Below are positions 41,901 to 52,483 of a DNA stretch of 64,000 nt, piece after piece. Numbering within the stretch: position 1 is the first letter of the stretch; every line of letters begins with the position of its first letter. Made by a program: the position numbers and the translations under genes. Under the pieces are notes generated by a model. The model saw only the letters and a list, made by a program, of their open reading frames with translations, made no database searches and was not told where the DNA came from. The stretch comes from an uncultured cyanobacterium. GTDB lineage: Bacteria > Cyanobacteriota > Cyanobacteriia > Cyanobacteriales > Nostocaceae. Location: the NCBI GenBank assembly GCA_963740315.1, contig CAVUDP010000001.1, positions 256,001-320,000 on the forward strand, in the 5' to 3' direction.

Positions 41901-42157
41901 TCTTCAATCTCAGCATCTTCCAATTCCTGCTGCACCAACAAGAAAAACTCCTTCAAAGCCTTACCCGCAGCAATATCAATATCTTGCTTCTGCAAACGTT
42001 TCAATGCATTACCGGGAATACCCTTAAATAAATCCTTAGTCCAATCCTTCGCTGCATCTTTTGCAACAGCCGCTAAATCTTTGGATAATTCTGCCAAAAT
42101 CGGCTTGAAAACAAATCCCGCAGCCTGTGCTACTCCCCAAACTACCAACAAATCCAT
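38972..42157 (-). CDS. NACHT NTPase with N-terminal helical domain and C-terminal HEAT-like repeats
   Basis: GNPGSGKST, MFDGLDE, VTSR, NPLLLTMMA, FVHRTFLEYF; ALQELVKGWKNDPDTLPMLK repeats. Confidence 0.9.
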   Translation of the reverse strand: MDLLVVWGVAQAAGFVFKPILAELSKDLAAVAKDAAKDWTKDLFKGIPGNALKRLQKQDIDIAAGKALKEFFLLVQQELEDAEIEDEELKQFVKPFKTFIHNKDVKEILGSAFKYECETLDTKTLESKWYELDLSALPNEFDWKKLGLRYLKKVKAIIRDSDKLRVIFDSQNLEAIKDNTQATAGIIPDFDLLGYQEGIKERYGKLKLESLDTSGYAYNQLKLWGMFIVQNVREVNEVLPIHELPKEYLKRLQQSQQAKSRFKRIYEEQPIRSVLEIINEKQTYKYTVILGNPGSGKSTLLQYLALNWAESPLSNTISQPIPLLIELRTYMRRRDDKECNNFLEFFHKCSGAVHHLNQHQLHTQLKTGNVLVMFDGLDEVFDTGKREDVITDIHRFTNEYPDVQVIVTSRLIGYKAQRLRDAEFKHFMLQDLETEQIQDFIDRWHELTFNDEADKVRKKERLQKGIENSKAIRELAGNPLLLTMMAILNRNQELPRDRAELYNQASRVLLHQWDVERALVEDKRLDPKTIDYKDKQAMLRQVAYFMQTSEKGKNGNLIKESDLERILKDYLKTIEVDKPREAARLMINQLRSRNFMLCYLGADYYAFVHRTFLEYFCAWEFVWQFKETQTLSIDRLKSEVFGKHWWDGDWHEILTLIAGMIDAKFVGEIIEFLIEQDGIGDDFINMGVANECFKQVKNPSNLNSIVHSLFKFIFESINDIIQEYNGIAFDFDKICIKLISWITTDFKTHPKTLPSLKKLIDTTTFEVNRLNNLTDDSDYFDDDNVVRVDQIETIQKVALKELVQGWKDDPNTLLMLKNLVFSDANNHLRAIALQELVKGWKNDPDTLPMLKNLVFSDANYHLRTIALQELVKGWKNDPDTLPMLKNLVYYGANYHLKTIALQELVQGWKNDPDTLPMLKKLLLFNNNDIDKTVVIKELASNWKDDQNILSVLIECCQLENDDLIKDYLRETLMQELIQSWQLTLDIYNFIYDIAANNSFELFFSFIRNPNCNPRQTALQAILENYPNYPKTLPLLRDRAENDPDEQLREFAQKKLQEWNKK
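39400..39770 (-). repeat. Near-identical 102-bp (34-aa) tandem repeats within the NACHT-HEAT gene
   Basis: TTTTTCAGCATTGGTAAAGTATCGGGGTCATTTTTCCAACC recurs at 102-bp spacing, about 3.6 units. Confidence 0.85.
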
Positions 42158-42707
42158 CGCTTACACTTGTTAACTTTTTGCTCAAAGTATAGCGAATTTA
42201 CTCAGTAATTTTTCTACGTTCAATATCGCAAGTGTCATCATTGCCATAACAAGCCAAGAGTAGTGCATGACGCTACAACGATCGCTACACACCCGCTCAA
42301 GAAAGTTCCTCCTGAGTGCGATCGCAATACGCGGTATACTTATTTGAGAATCTTTTGCAATTGTTGGGATTCCATTTCTTGTAAAGCTCCGCTGGTATGC
42401 TTATGTCAAACTGATTTTCTGTAAATAAAGGGGAAGTATCCAATCTGTTAAAACGTTGTTTAACCGAAGTGGGAATCTGAGTCAATTGTTAAGCCTAATT
42501 AAGCAAAAGTAAGGAAACCGGGATTTACCACCGAAGCTTAAAGATGCGATCGCGCAATATACTTTTGACTAAACTATTGATAGGCATAGCTTAAATCTCG
42601 AAGAATTGTACCCACGATATATCTCCCTAGTATTAACTTATGTATTTAATGAAGATATATTGTTAACATTAGTAAAAAAGCTGAAAAATTTGGGGACTAA
42701 TACTGCT

Positions 42708-43871
42708 ATGGGTCGTGTAGGCGTTTTATTACTTAATCTTGGTGGACCGGATAAACTTGAGGATGTCCAGCCGTTCCTTTACAATCTGTTTTCCGATCCG
42801 GAAATAATTCGTCTACCTTTTAGTTGGCTGCAAAAACCTTTAGCCTGGTTTATTTCGACGCGACGAAGCAAAACGTCTCAAGAAAACTACCGTAAAATTG
42901 GTGGTGGTTCTCCGTTGCGACAAATTACCGAAGCTCAAGGAGATGCTTTAAAGAAGCAGTTGGCTGAAGTTGGAGAAGAAGCAAAAATTTATGTGGGAAT
43001 GCGCTACTGGCATCCTTACACCGAGGAGGCGATCGCACAAATAATTAATGATGGTATTGATAAATTAGTAATTTTACCTCTTTATCCTCAGTTTTCTATT
43101 AGTACCAGCGGTTCTAGCTATCGGCTTCTTGAACAAATTTGGCGAGAAAATCCTAAACTACAAAAAATTGAATATTCTGTAATTGCTTCTTGGTACAAGC
43201 AACCCGGTTATCTGCAAGCTATGGCAGAATTAATCGCCCAGGAGTTAGATCAGTTACCGAATCCCGACGAAGCCCATATCTTCTTTAGCGCACATGGAGT
43301 TCCCAAAAGCTATGTAGAAGAAGCTGGAGATCCTTATCAGCAGGAAATTGAGGAATGCACCCATTTAATTATGCAAACTCTCAATCGTTCTAACCCCCAT
43401 ACTTTAGCTTATCAAAGTCGTGTAGGTCCGGTGGAATGGCTGCAACCATATACTGAAGAAGCGATCGAAGATTTAGCACGTAAAGGCGTTAAAAATTTAG
43501 TAGTTGTACCTGTCAGTTTCGTTTCCGAGCATATTGAGACGTTAGAAGAAATTGACATTGAGTATCGGGAAATTGCAGAAGAAGCAGGAATTGAGAACTT
43601 CCGCAGGGTACCAGCACTTAACGTACATCCAGTATTTATCGAAGCTTTAGCAGATTTGACACTTGATGCATTGAAATCTCCAAGTATTTCATTCGCACGA
43701 GTCAACCAGATGAAGAAAAAAGTCAAAATGTATCCTCAAGAAAGTTGGGAATGGGGCATTACCACTTCCGCAGAAATTTGGAACGGAAGAGTAGCCATGC
43801 TTGGTTTCCTAGCTTTGATGATTGAAATACTCACCGGGCATGGTTTATTTCACGCCGTAGGGCTTTTGTAA
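42708..43871 (+). CDS. hemH: Ferrochelatase with C-terminal CAB domain
   Basis: [63 protein letters not shown] at 42708. Confidence 0.98.
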   Translation: MGRVGVLLLNLGGPDKLEDVQPFLYNLFSDPEIIRLPFSWLQKPLAWFISTRRSKTSQENYRKIGGGSPLRQITEAQGDALKKQLAEVGEEAKIYVGMRYWHPYTEEAIAQIINDGIDKLVILPLYPQFSISTSGSSYRLLEQIWRENPKLQKIEYSVIASWYKQPGYLQAMAELIAQELDQLPNPDEAHIFFSAHGVPKSYVEEAGDPYQQEIEECTHLIMQTLNRSNPHTLAYQSRVGPVEWLQPYTEEAIEDLARKGVKNLVVVPVSFVSEHIETLEEIDIEYREIAEEAGIENFRRVPALNVHPVFIEALADLTLDALKSPSISFARVNQMKKKVKMYPQESWEWGITTSAEIWNGRVAMLGFLALMIEILTGHGLFHAVGLL

Positions 43872-44275
43872 TCAGTTATCAATTATCAATTAACAGAAAT
43901 TAGTGGGGTGGGTATTATTATTTGCTTGCTCTGCTTTTTTTTGCAAAAAAAATCGGTAGAACTTTAGGAAGTCTTACCGATTTGAATAATAAAGAGAAGG
44001 TTTTTAAAAGAGAAATCAAGTTAGTTAAATTTGCTGTTTCGTATAGTTTGTGTTTTATCTTTGTTTTCTATATATCAGTGATAACCCATAAATTATCGCA
44101 ACTGCAAGGGTAAATACGTACTTTAATAAAAGCTTCATTAAAAGTTAAAGAAAGGTCATAGTATAGAGGGGGAAGAGGGGGAAGAGGGGGTAGAGGGGGG
44201 AGAGGGGGTAGATAATTTTTTACTAACTCCTCACTCCTAACTCCTAACTCTTAACTATTCCCAATGCCCAATTTA

Positions 44276-45571
44276 TTAAATTCCCAACCGTTGATAAATC
44301 TCATCTAAATGCTGTAGATGGTTTTGGGGGTTGAAACAAGCTTCGATTTCTGGGGATGATAATTTTTCTGTGATGCGGGTGTCTTTAGAAATTAAGTTGC
44401 GGAAGTCTCCGTTTTCTTTGTTCCATGCTGTATGAGCGCTTTCTTGAACTATTTGATAAGCTTCTTCGCGGTTCATTCCTTTGTCGATTAAGGCTAAGAG
44501 TACTTTTTGACTGAATACTACGCCGCCGTAACAGTTCATGTTTTTCGCCATGTTTTCGGGATATACCAACAGGTTTTTTACTAAGTTGGTTGCTTCCCTT
44601 AACATAAAATGTGTCAAAATGCAAGAGTCGGGTAAAATTACTCTTTCTACGGAACTGTGAGAAATATCTCTTTCGTGCCACAATGCGACGTTTTCTAAGG
44701 CTGCGACGGCGTTTGAGCGTATAATTCGCGCCATTCCGGTTAATCTTTCCGAACGGATGGGGTTGCGTTTGTGGGGCATTGCCGAAGATCCTTTTTGTCC
44801 TTTGGAAAAGTATTCTTCTACTTCGAGGACATCTGTTCTTTGTAAGTTGCGGATTTCAACGGCGATACGTTCGAGGGTTGCTGTAAGTAGAGCCAGTTGT
44901 TGGAGAAAATCGGCATGGCGATCGCGAGAAATAACTTGAGTGGATGCGGTGTCTGGTTGGAGTCCGAGTTTTTGGCAAGCGAGGGCTTCTATGCGGGGTT
45001 CGATGTTGGCGTAAGTTCCTACCGCACCGGATATTTTTCCGACGGCTATGGTTTGGCGCAAGGTTTGCAAGCGCTGCTGGTTGCGTAAAACTTCTGCTAA
45101 CCATCCAGCAAGTTTGAAACCAAAGGTTATGGGTTCGGCATGAATACCGTGGGAACGTCCGATCATTACGGTGTAGCGATGTTCGCGGGCTTTTTCGCGA
45201 ATAACTGTAATTAATTCTTCCTGCTTTTGTACGATTAAATCTAAGCTTGCGAGCATTTGCAGCGCTAAAGCGGTATCCAGCACGTCACTACTTGTCATTC
45301 CCAAATGGATGTAACGTCCGGAATCGCCTACATACTCGTTAACATTAGTTAGGAAAGCAATTACATCGTGACGGACTTCTGCTTCAATTTCCAGCACCCG
45401 CTTAACATCAAAATTTGCCTTGGCTTTAATTTCCCGTACAGCTTCGGCAGGTATATAACCCAAATCGGCTTGTGCTTCGCAAACAGCAATTTCCACTTGC
45501 AGCCAGGTTTGAAACCTGTAAGAATCAGTCCAAATATTGCCCATTTCAGGCAGAGTATAACGCTCGATCAC
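44276..45571 (-). CDS. purB: Adenylosuccinate lyase
   Basis: GTG start at 45571 (VIERYTLPEMG), RHDVIAF, GRSHGIHAEP, GSSAMPHKRNP. Confidence 0.98.
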   Translation of the reverse strand: MIERYTLPEMGNIWTDSYRFQTWLQVEIAVCEAQADLGYIPAEAVREIKAKANFDVKRVLEIEAEVRHDVIAFLTNVNEYVGDSGRYIHLGMTSSDVLDTALALQMLASLDLIVQKQEELITVIREKAREHRYTVMIGRSHGIHAEPITFGFKLAGWLAEVLRNQQRLQTLRQTIAVGKISGAVGTYANIEPRIEALACQKLGLQPDTASTQVISRDRHADFLQQLALLTATLERIAVEIRNLQRTDVLEVEEYFSKGQKGSSAMPHKRNPIRSERLTGMARIIRSNAVAALENVALWHERDISHSSVERVILPDSCILTHFMLREATNLVKNLLVYPENMAKNMNCYGGVVFSQKVLLALIDKGMNREEAYQIVQESAHTAWNKENGDFRNLISKDTRITEKLSSPEIEACFNPQNHLQHLDEIYQRLGI

Positions 45572-45712
45572 TTCCGCCACCGCATACAACTGTCTCATTG
45601 TACAAGTTGGTGTTGCGATTTTGGAAATTGGGGTAGAGCGATCGCGGCTATTGCACTGCAACCTCTCGACATTGCTATGATTAATACTGCTATAGTTATC
45701 GGTTAAATATTT

Positions 45713-47818
45713 GTGGTAGAACTACAAGCGTTTGCGGTAGGCAGTATTTTAATTATAATCGCGATGTTTTGCTGGAATATTTATCTGTCAAAACGTCTTC
45801 AATATGTTGCTCAAATAAACCATAGCTACTATCACATTTTTAATCACAGTTCTCAAAATATATTTATCATTAAACCCAATGGTAATTTATTAGAAATTAA
45901 CGATTCGGCGCTGAAATTTTATAATTTCAAAAAAGAAGATATTCGCGGTAAACCTTTGTGGGAAGTGTTTTCGCAAGTTATTAATTTTGGGCATCAACAA
46001 TTACAAGATGCTGTTACTCAAGCTGCTCTCGGTAAGTCAGTCGAGCTTAATATTGAATTATTACAGGCAAAAGATACGGTTATTACCAGTGAATTCTTAT
46101 TTACTCCCGTAACTGACCAAAAAGGGAAAATATCGGTGATAGTAGCTGAAATTAATCAAAAAAATCAAGTCGAACTAACGAAATTTGAATTACAAAAGCA
46201 ATTACTCCAAACTTGTTTTGATGATGCTTCCATTGGTTTAGCCATTGTTGACGATCGATGGCGACACGTAGTAATAAATAAAACTTTAGCGGATATTAAC
46301 GGGAAGTTACCACAAGAACAAATAGGTAAAAGTATTCGTGAAACTCTACCCGAATTAGCCCCTAGATTAGAATCGATTTATCAACAAGTTACAACTACAG
46401 GTGAACCTATACGGGGAATTGAAATTACTGGAGAAACCCCCAAGGAACCAGGTACTATTAGAAACTGGGAAGCTTCTTATTTTCCTTTGCCAATTACTAA
46501 TGATAGAAATGCCATTGGCTGTATAGTACTAGAAATTACCAAACGTAAAAAAGCTGAAAAATCTCTTACGAATCGACTTAATCAACAAGCGGTTGTTACA
46601 CAATTAGGACAACTTGCTTTATCCGGAATCGAATTATCAACTTTGTTCGAGCAAACAACTCTTTTAGTCGCTCAAAGTCTTAATGTTGATGCTTGCAAAA
46701 TTCTCAAATTGCTTCCGGAGGATAATATTTTACTATTAATTTCTGGTGCAGGTTGTGAAGAAGACTCGATCGGAAACGCTACAGTAGAAATCAATTTCCA
46801 ATCCCAAGCTGGTTTTGCTTTATTATCTGGTGAACCTGTTATATTAGGCAACCTTGAAGAAGAAACTCGTTTTACAGGTTCTTATTTACTACATCAAAAT
46901 CAATATGTTAGCGGTGTCAGTACGATTATTCCAGGAAAAGAAAACCAACCCTTTGGGGTATTAGAAGCACATTCCATCGTAGAACATCAATTTAGTCAAG
47001 ATGATGCGAACTTTCTACAATCAGTTGCCAATGTCTTATCAAATGCAATTATTCGCAAACAATCAGAAGATGAAAACCGCGAGCTTAACGCTACCTTAGA
47101 AGCACGAGTCAAACAGCGTACCGAACAATTAGAAGAAGTAAACCAGGAATTAGAAGCGTTTTGCTATTCAGTTTCTCACGATTTACGCGCACCGTTACGC
47201 GCTATTCAAGGTTTTGCTCAAGTTTTGATGGAAGATTATGAAAGTTTATTCGACGATATCGGACAAGAATATTTGAATCGCATCATAGCAGCAGCAGCGC
47301 ATTTAGATACTTTAATTTTAGATTTATTAGCATATAGTCGTTTGGGAAGAACTCAAATCCAGTTAAATCAAGTTAATTTAGCAATTGTAATTAAAGGAAT
47401 ACTTAGCGAACTTGAATCTGAATTACAAGAAAACCAAGCAGAAGTTATGATTAAAACAGCGCTTCCTATTGTCAGAAGCCAGCAAACTATTTTAAAATCA
47501 GTAATTACCAATTTGATCACTAACGGTATCAAGTTTGTTCATCCCAACGTGCATCCAGTTGTACAAATTTGGACGGAACAACGCGGTGAATATATCAGAT
47601 TATGGGTAGAAGATAATGGTATTGGTATTGCTCCGGAACACCAAGAACGAATTTTTCAAGTTTTCGAGCGGTTACATGGAATTGAATCCTACTTCGGTAC
47701 GGGTATTGGTTTAGCAATTGTTAAACGTGGTGTAGAGAGTTTAGGTGGCAAAGTTGGGCTTTCTTCTAGTCTTAACCAAGGTAGCCGTTTTTGGATTGAA
47801 TTACCGAAGCTTGGTTAA
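45713..47818 (+). CDS. Membrane-anchored PAS-PAS-GAF sensor histidine kinase
   Basis: N-terminal TM; SVSHDLRAPL H-box; VEDNGIGI, GTGIGL. Confidence 0.93.
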   Translation: MVELQAFAVGSILIIIAMFCWNIYLSKRLQYVAQINHSYYHIFNHSSQNIFIIKPNGNLLEINDSALKFYNFKKEDIRGKPLWEVFSQVINFGHQQLQDAVTQAALGKSVELNIELLQAKDTVITSEFLFTPVTDQKGKISVIVAEINQKNQVELTKFELQKQLLQTCFDDASIGLAIVDDRWRHVVINKTLADINGKLPQEQIGKSIRETLPELAPRLESIYQQVTTTGEPIRGIEITGETPKEPGTIRNWEASYFPLPITNDRNAIGCIVLEITKRKKAEKSLTNRLNQQAVVTQLGQLALSGIELSTLFEQTTLLVAQSLNVDACKILKLLPEDNILLLISGAGCEEDSIGNATVEINFQSQAGFALLSGEPVILGNLEEETRFTGSYLLHQNQYVSGVSTIIPGKENQPFGVLEAHSIVEHQFSQDDANFLQSVANVLSNAIIRKQSEDENRELNATLEARVKQRTEQLEEVNQELEAFCYSVSHDLRAPLRAIQGFAQVLMEDYESLFDDIGQEYLNRIIAAAAHLDTLILDLLAYSRLGRTQIQLNQVNLAIVIKGILSELESELQENQAEVMIKTALPIVRSQQTILKSVITNLITNGIKFVHPNVHPVVQIWTEQRGEYIRLWVEDNGIGIAPEHQERIFQVFERLHGIESYFGTGIGLAIVKRGVESLGGKVGLSSSLNQGSRFWIELPKLG

Positions 47819-47992
47819 CAGTTAAGAATTGAAAGCTGATATACCTATTAATTGCTTTTTAACAACATATGTAAACTTTCAAAACAACTTATTTAAGTCC
47901 CGTTAATAAAATATAAAAAAATCAGCCTTTAGTATAGTATGGGTTGGGGGGATGATTGATTTAAGATTGGCAAAACGAAAATATTGAGTAAT

Positions 47993-48448
47993 ATGATGGG
48001 TCTAAAAGAGTCCGGAATTCTGTTGGTAGAAGACGATTCTAACGATATCCTGTTTATACAGCGGGCTTTTCGTCGCAGTAAGTTAGAGAATCCCATACAG
48101 GTTGTGCGCGATGGAGATGAAGCTGTTGCATATCTTGCGGGCAACGGGGATTATGCGGATAGAAATCTTTATCCTTTACCCGGTATGATTCTTTTAGACC
48201 TCAAACTTCCGCGTCGTTCGGGTTTAGAAGTTCTGGAATGGCTGAGACAGCAACCTATAATTAAACGCATCCCGGTTGTAATATTAACTTCTTCTAAAGA
48301 AAATATAGACGTAGATAGAGCTTACGATATAGGGGTTAATTCATATCTATTAAAACCAGTTAACCATAATGCTTTAAATGAAATGATTGAGGCGCTCAAT
48401 GCTTTCTGGTTGCGCTTAAATTGCTATCCTTCTATCGCGCCTTCGTAG
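47993..48448 (+). CDS. Single-domain response regulator (Rcp1-like)
   Basis: ILLVEDD, ILLDLKLP, PVVILTSS, NSYLLKP. Confidence 0.93.
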   Translation: MMGLKESGILLVEDDSNDILFIQRAFRRSKLENPIQVVRDGDEAVAYLAGNGDYADRNLYPLPGMILLDLKLPRRSGLEVLEWLRQQPIIKRIPVVILTSSKENIDVDRAYDIGVNSYLLKPVNHNALNEMIEALNAFWLRLNCYPSIAPS

Positions 48449-48739
48449 TATAATTTTATTTAATTATTCATTATAATTTGACTTTTATTTTTTTGTCTTA
48501 TAGAACACGAAAAAAGAAACTATTTAAAATTTTCAGATATACGATTTAATAATTAGTAATTGGTAATTATTAACTATGAATTATATTTAAATGGTTTTTA
48601 TTTATTCCGGAAGACGCTATATTGTGTCTGTACATTATCTAAAATAAAACGAGTTTGATGATTAATTTATTACCGAATTGATGCAATCAAGGCTGCATTA
48701 TTAGTAAGGTAAGTTGTAGAGTTTGTATGGCGTTAATGT

Positions 48740-50224
48740 ATGAGTCAGGCTCGACCATTACAAAATGTTGTAATTATTGATGATAACCCAGACGATCGCC
48801 TTTTAGCTATTCGAGAACTTGGAAAAGAGTTTTCTGACTTGCATATAATAGAAATTATTGATGCCTCGGAGTTAGCATCTGTATTAGAAGCAGATAATTA
48901 CGATTTTGTGATTACAGATTATCAATTGAAGTGGACAAATGGACTTGATATTTTGGGTGCTTTTAAATATCGTCGTCCAGATGTTCCAGTAATCATGTTT
49001 ACGAATTCCGGTACTCAGGAAGTTGCGGTTACAGCAATGAAAGCGGGATTAGATGATTATGTAATTAAATCACCCAAGCATTTTGTACGTTTAAGTCAAT
49101 CTGTACGTTTAGCTTGGAATAATGCTCAAACTCGCGCTCGATTAGCTCAGACAAATTTACGTTTGCAATTTTTACTCAATCAACTGAATGTAGGAGTATT
49201 TCGGGCTACTTTAGATGGGGAACTGATTGAATGTAGCGATGGTTTTTTGCATCTTTTGGGTTTAAATACTCCGGAAGAAGCACGAATATTTTTTCGCACT
49301 TATCCAAAGTTGAATTTAGCTAATTCTCCTGGAAAACCACCTTGGGAGAAAGAAGTTAAATTATTGCTCGATGGAAAGACTACTTGGTTAATGTTGAGCG
49401 AGACTCTTACCGAGTTAGATGGTGAAACTGCGATCGATGGTTTGCTGATAGATATTACCGAACGTAAATCCAGTGAAGCTGCAATTCAACAACTTAATCA
49501 AACTCTCGAACAACGAGTTTTGCAACGTACCGCTCAATTAGAAGCAACCAACAAAGAGCTAGAAACCTTTGCTTATTCAGTATCTCATGATTTGCGATCG
49601 CCAATTCGTCAGGTTTACAGTTTTGCGGAATTATTACAACAGTCGCTGCCGTTTATTAACCTTTCCGAAGAAATTAGTAATTACTTAGGAATGATTCTGA
49701 AACTTACCAAACGAGCCGGTAAGATGATCGATGATTTACTCGAATTTTCCAGTACCGGAAGATTTGAAATGTTCTACTCCACCATCGATATGAATAGTTT
49801 AGTGCAAGAAGTTAAACAGCAGATAATCTCGCAAACCAAAGGTAGGACAATTATTTGGGATATTGAATCGCTGCCGCAAATAAAAGGCGATCGCACTTTA
49901 ATCAGAATAGTTTGGCAAAACTTAATTGAAAACGCTGTAAAATACACTGGTAACAAAAATATTGCAGAAATTAATATTGGTAGCATCACTAACTCATCAG
50001 AAATAACTTTTTTTATCAAAGATAACGGAGTCGGGTTTGATATGCGCTACGTCGAAAGAATCTTTGGCATTTTTCAAAGATTGCATACCAGCGAAGAGTT
50101 TGAAGGAACCGGAATTGGACTTGCTAACGTACAGCGAATCATCCACCGTCATCAAGGAAGAATTTGGGCAGAATCAACAGTAGATGAAGGAACAAAATTT
50201 TATTTCTCACTACCTAACAGTTAG
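48740..50224 (+). CDS. REC-PAS-histidine kinase hybrid
   Basis: IIDDNPDD/ITDYQL receiver; SVSHDLRSP; DNGVGF; GTGIGL. Confidence 0.92.
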   Translation: MSQARPLQNVVIIDDNPDDRLLAIRELGKEFSDLHIIEIIDASELASVLEADNYDFVITDYQLKWTNGLDILGAFKYRRPDVPVIMFTNSGTQEVAVTAMKAGLDDYVIKSPKHFVRLSQSVRLAWNNAQTRARLAQTNLRLQFLLNQLNVGVFRATLDGELIECSDGFLHLLGLNTPEEARIFFRTYPKLNLANSPGKPPWEKEVKLLLDGKTTWLMLSETLTELDGETAIDGLLIDITERKSSEAAIQQLNQTLEQRVLQRTAQLEATNKELETFAYSVSHDLRSPIRQVYSFAELLQQSLPFINLSEEISNYLGMILKLTKRAGKMIDDLLEFSSTGRFEMFYSTIDMNSLVQEVKQQIISQTKGRTIIWDIESLPQIKGDRTLIRIVWQNLIENAVKYTGNKNIAEINIGSITNSSEITFFIKDNGVGFDMRYVERIFGIFQRLHTSEEFEGTGIGLANVQRIIHRHQGRIWAESTVDEGTKFYFSLPNS

Positions 50225-50488
50225 TGGTTAGTTTTTAGTGGTAAATAATTATCCCTCCCCATCTCCCCATCTCCCCATCTCCCCATCTCCCCCTCTCCCC
50301 ATCTTCCCCCCTCTCCCAAACTTATATCTAAAGAAATATAAACAAGTTGTTCTGGAGATAGACGATCAAAAACACATACTTTAGTATTGTTCTGTTGAGG
50401 TCTATGTATCTAAATTAGTTACCAACCATTCTTGGAGGTACCGATTCTGCTATTAAACACTTTATCCAACAATCGGCTTTCTCAAACA

Positions 50489-52441
50489 ATGCTGTATATC
50501 TTGTTGTTAGAAGATGACTCAGCAGATAGCGAGTTAATTCGCGCTATCCTGAAAAAGGGTGGTATAAATTGCGAGTTTAAGCGCGTTACAACTCGTAAAG
50601 ATTTTGTGGCAGAATTGCAAAACGATAATTTAGATTTAATTTTATCTGACTATGCACTCCCGCAATTTGATGGAATTTCGGCTTTAAAGATAGCTACACA
50701 AACTTGTCCTAATGTACCTTTTATATTAGTTTCTGGAGTATTAGGAGAAGAAAGAGCCATAGAAGCGCTCAAAGAGGGAGCAACGGATTATGTTCTCAAA
50801 CAACGTTTGGAGCGATTGCTTCCTTCGGTACAGCGAGCGCTGCGCGAAAGTCAGGAACGTAAAGAACTCCATCGTGCGGAAGAATCTTTGCGTCAAACAG
50901 ATGATATGCTGCGAGCGGTAGTTGACGCTTCTCCGGTGGCAATTATTACTTTGAGCTTGGATTATCAAGTTTTAACTTGGAACAAGACAGCCGAGCAAAT
51001 TTACGGTTGGCAAAGGTTAGAAATTCTACATCAACCGCTACCAGTTATTCCTGAAGGTTATAAAAATGTCTTTGCAGCTTGTGTAGAAAGAGTATTGCAA
51101 AACCAGACTTTAAAAAATTTGGAATTTCGTCATCTGAGAAAAAATGGTTCTGAAGTAGATATAAATGTTTCTTTAGCACCCATACACGATAGTAAGGGAG
51201 ATAGCAGTTGTTTTATAATGACTGCGGTTGATATTACTTTAAGCAAACAAGTAGAAGCAGAACGTAGGGTTTTACTACAGCGAGAGCAAAAAGCTCGTGC
51301 GGAAGCTGAAGAAGCGAGCCGTATCAAAGATGAATTTCTAGCAATAGTTTCTCATGAATTGCGAACTCCACTTAATGCAATTTTGGGATGGACTAAACTG
51401 ATTAGTAGTGGCAAAATTAAACCAGATAGATTCAAGCAAGCTTTAGAAGTTATCGAGCGCAATGCAACTTTACAAGCGCAATTAATCGAAGATTTGCTTG
51501 ATATTTCGGGGATAATTCGCGGTAAACTCCATTTAGAATTAAATTCGGTTAATTTAGCTAACGTAATTAGAGAAACTGTAGAAACTTTAGGTTTAGCAGC
51601 AGAAGCCAAATCTATTAACGTACAGGTTAACTTAGATAGTAACGTCAAAAATATAGTTGGAGATTCCAATCGTATTTCTCAAATATTGTGGAATTTGCTT
51701 TCTAACGCAATTAAATTCACACATAATGGGGGAAGCGTCGAAATCTACTTAGGTGAAATAAATTCAACCGCCCAAATTCAAGTCAGCGATACGGGTATTG
51801 GTATAAGTGCGGATTTTCTCCCTTGGGTTTTTGAATATTTTCGTCAAGAAGATGGTTCTAAAACTCGTTGCAAAGGTGGTTTGGGTTTGGGTTTAGCAAT
51901 TACCCGTCATTTAGTAGAAGCCCACGGTGGTACGATAGTAGCAGAAAGTCTTGGAGAACAACAAGGGGCAACTTTTACAGTAAAATTCCCGATAAAATCT
52001 AGTGATGTAAAGTCAGAACCGTTACCAAAATCGGAAGATAGCGACAAGCAACTTTGTGGAATCAAAATATTAATTGTAGATGACGAACCTGATGCTCGTG
52101 AATTACTAGCTTTTATTTTAGAAGAGCAAAGTGCTGAAATTAAATTAGTTGCTTCTGCTGCTGAAGCTTTAAATAAATTTGGTTCTTTTCAACCGGATAT
52201 TATCATCAGCGACATTGGAATGCCCGGTGAAAATGGATATAGTATGTTAAATAAAATACGGCAACTTGCTTCTAATCAAGGTGGTTGCGTTCCTGCGATC
52301 GCGCTTACGGCATTCGCAACCCAAGAAGATACTCAAAAAGCAAAAGAAGCTGGTTTTCAAATGCATTTAACAAAGCCTTTTGATGCCGATGAATTGATTA
52401 ATGCAGTATATGATTTAACAAAAGTAACAGATAATAATTAG
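50489..52441 (+). CDS. REC-PAS-HK-REC hybrid sensor kinase
   Basis: LLEDD/LSDYALP; VSHELRTPL; GGLGLGL; C-terminal IVDDEPD/ISDIGMP. Confidence 0.93.
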   Translation: MLYILLLEDDSADSELIRAILKKGGINCEFKRVTTRKDFVAELQNDNLDLILSDYALPQFDGISALKIATQTCPNVPFILVSGVLGEERAIEALKEGATDYVLKQRLERLLPSVQRALRESQERKELHRAEESLRQTDDMLRAVVDASPVAIITLSLDYQVLTWNKTAEQIYGWQRLEILHQPLPVIPEGYKNVFAACVERVLQNQTLKNLEFRHLRKNGSEVDINVSLAPIHDSKGDSSCFIMTAVDITLSKQVEAERRVLLQREQKARAEAEEASRIKDEFLAIVSHELRTPLNAILGWTKLISSGKIKPDRFKQALEVIERNATLQAQLIEDLLDISGIIRGKLHLELNSVNLANVIRETVETLGLAAEAKSINVQVNLDSNVKNIVGDSNRISQILWNLLSNAIKFTHNGGSVEIYLGEINSTAQIQVSDTGIGISADFLPWVFEYFRQEDGSKTRCKGGLGLGLAITRHLVEAHGGTIVAESLGEQQGATFTVKFPIKSSDVKSEPLPKSEDSDKQLCGIKILIVDDEPDARELLAFILEEQSAEIKLVASAAEALNKFGSFQPDIIISDIGMPGENGYSMLNKIRQLASNQGGCVPAIALTAFATQEDTQKAKEAGFQMHLTKPFDADELINAVYDLTKVTDNN

Positions 52442-52483
52442 TATTTCCGATGAATCTCTATTTCCTATTACTTATAAAACAAA

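Noticed and set aside
42297..42485. 62-aa ORF upstream of the NACHT-HEAT gene
   Set aside because: TTG start, no recognisable motif or RBS; cannot be supported.
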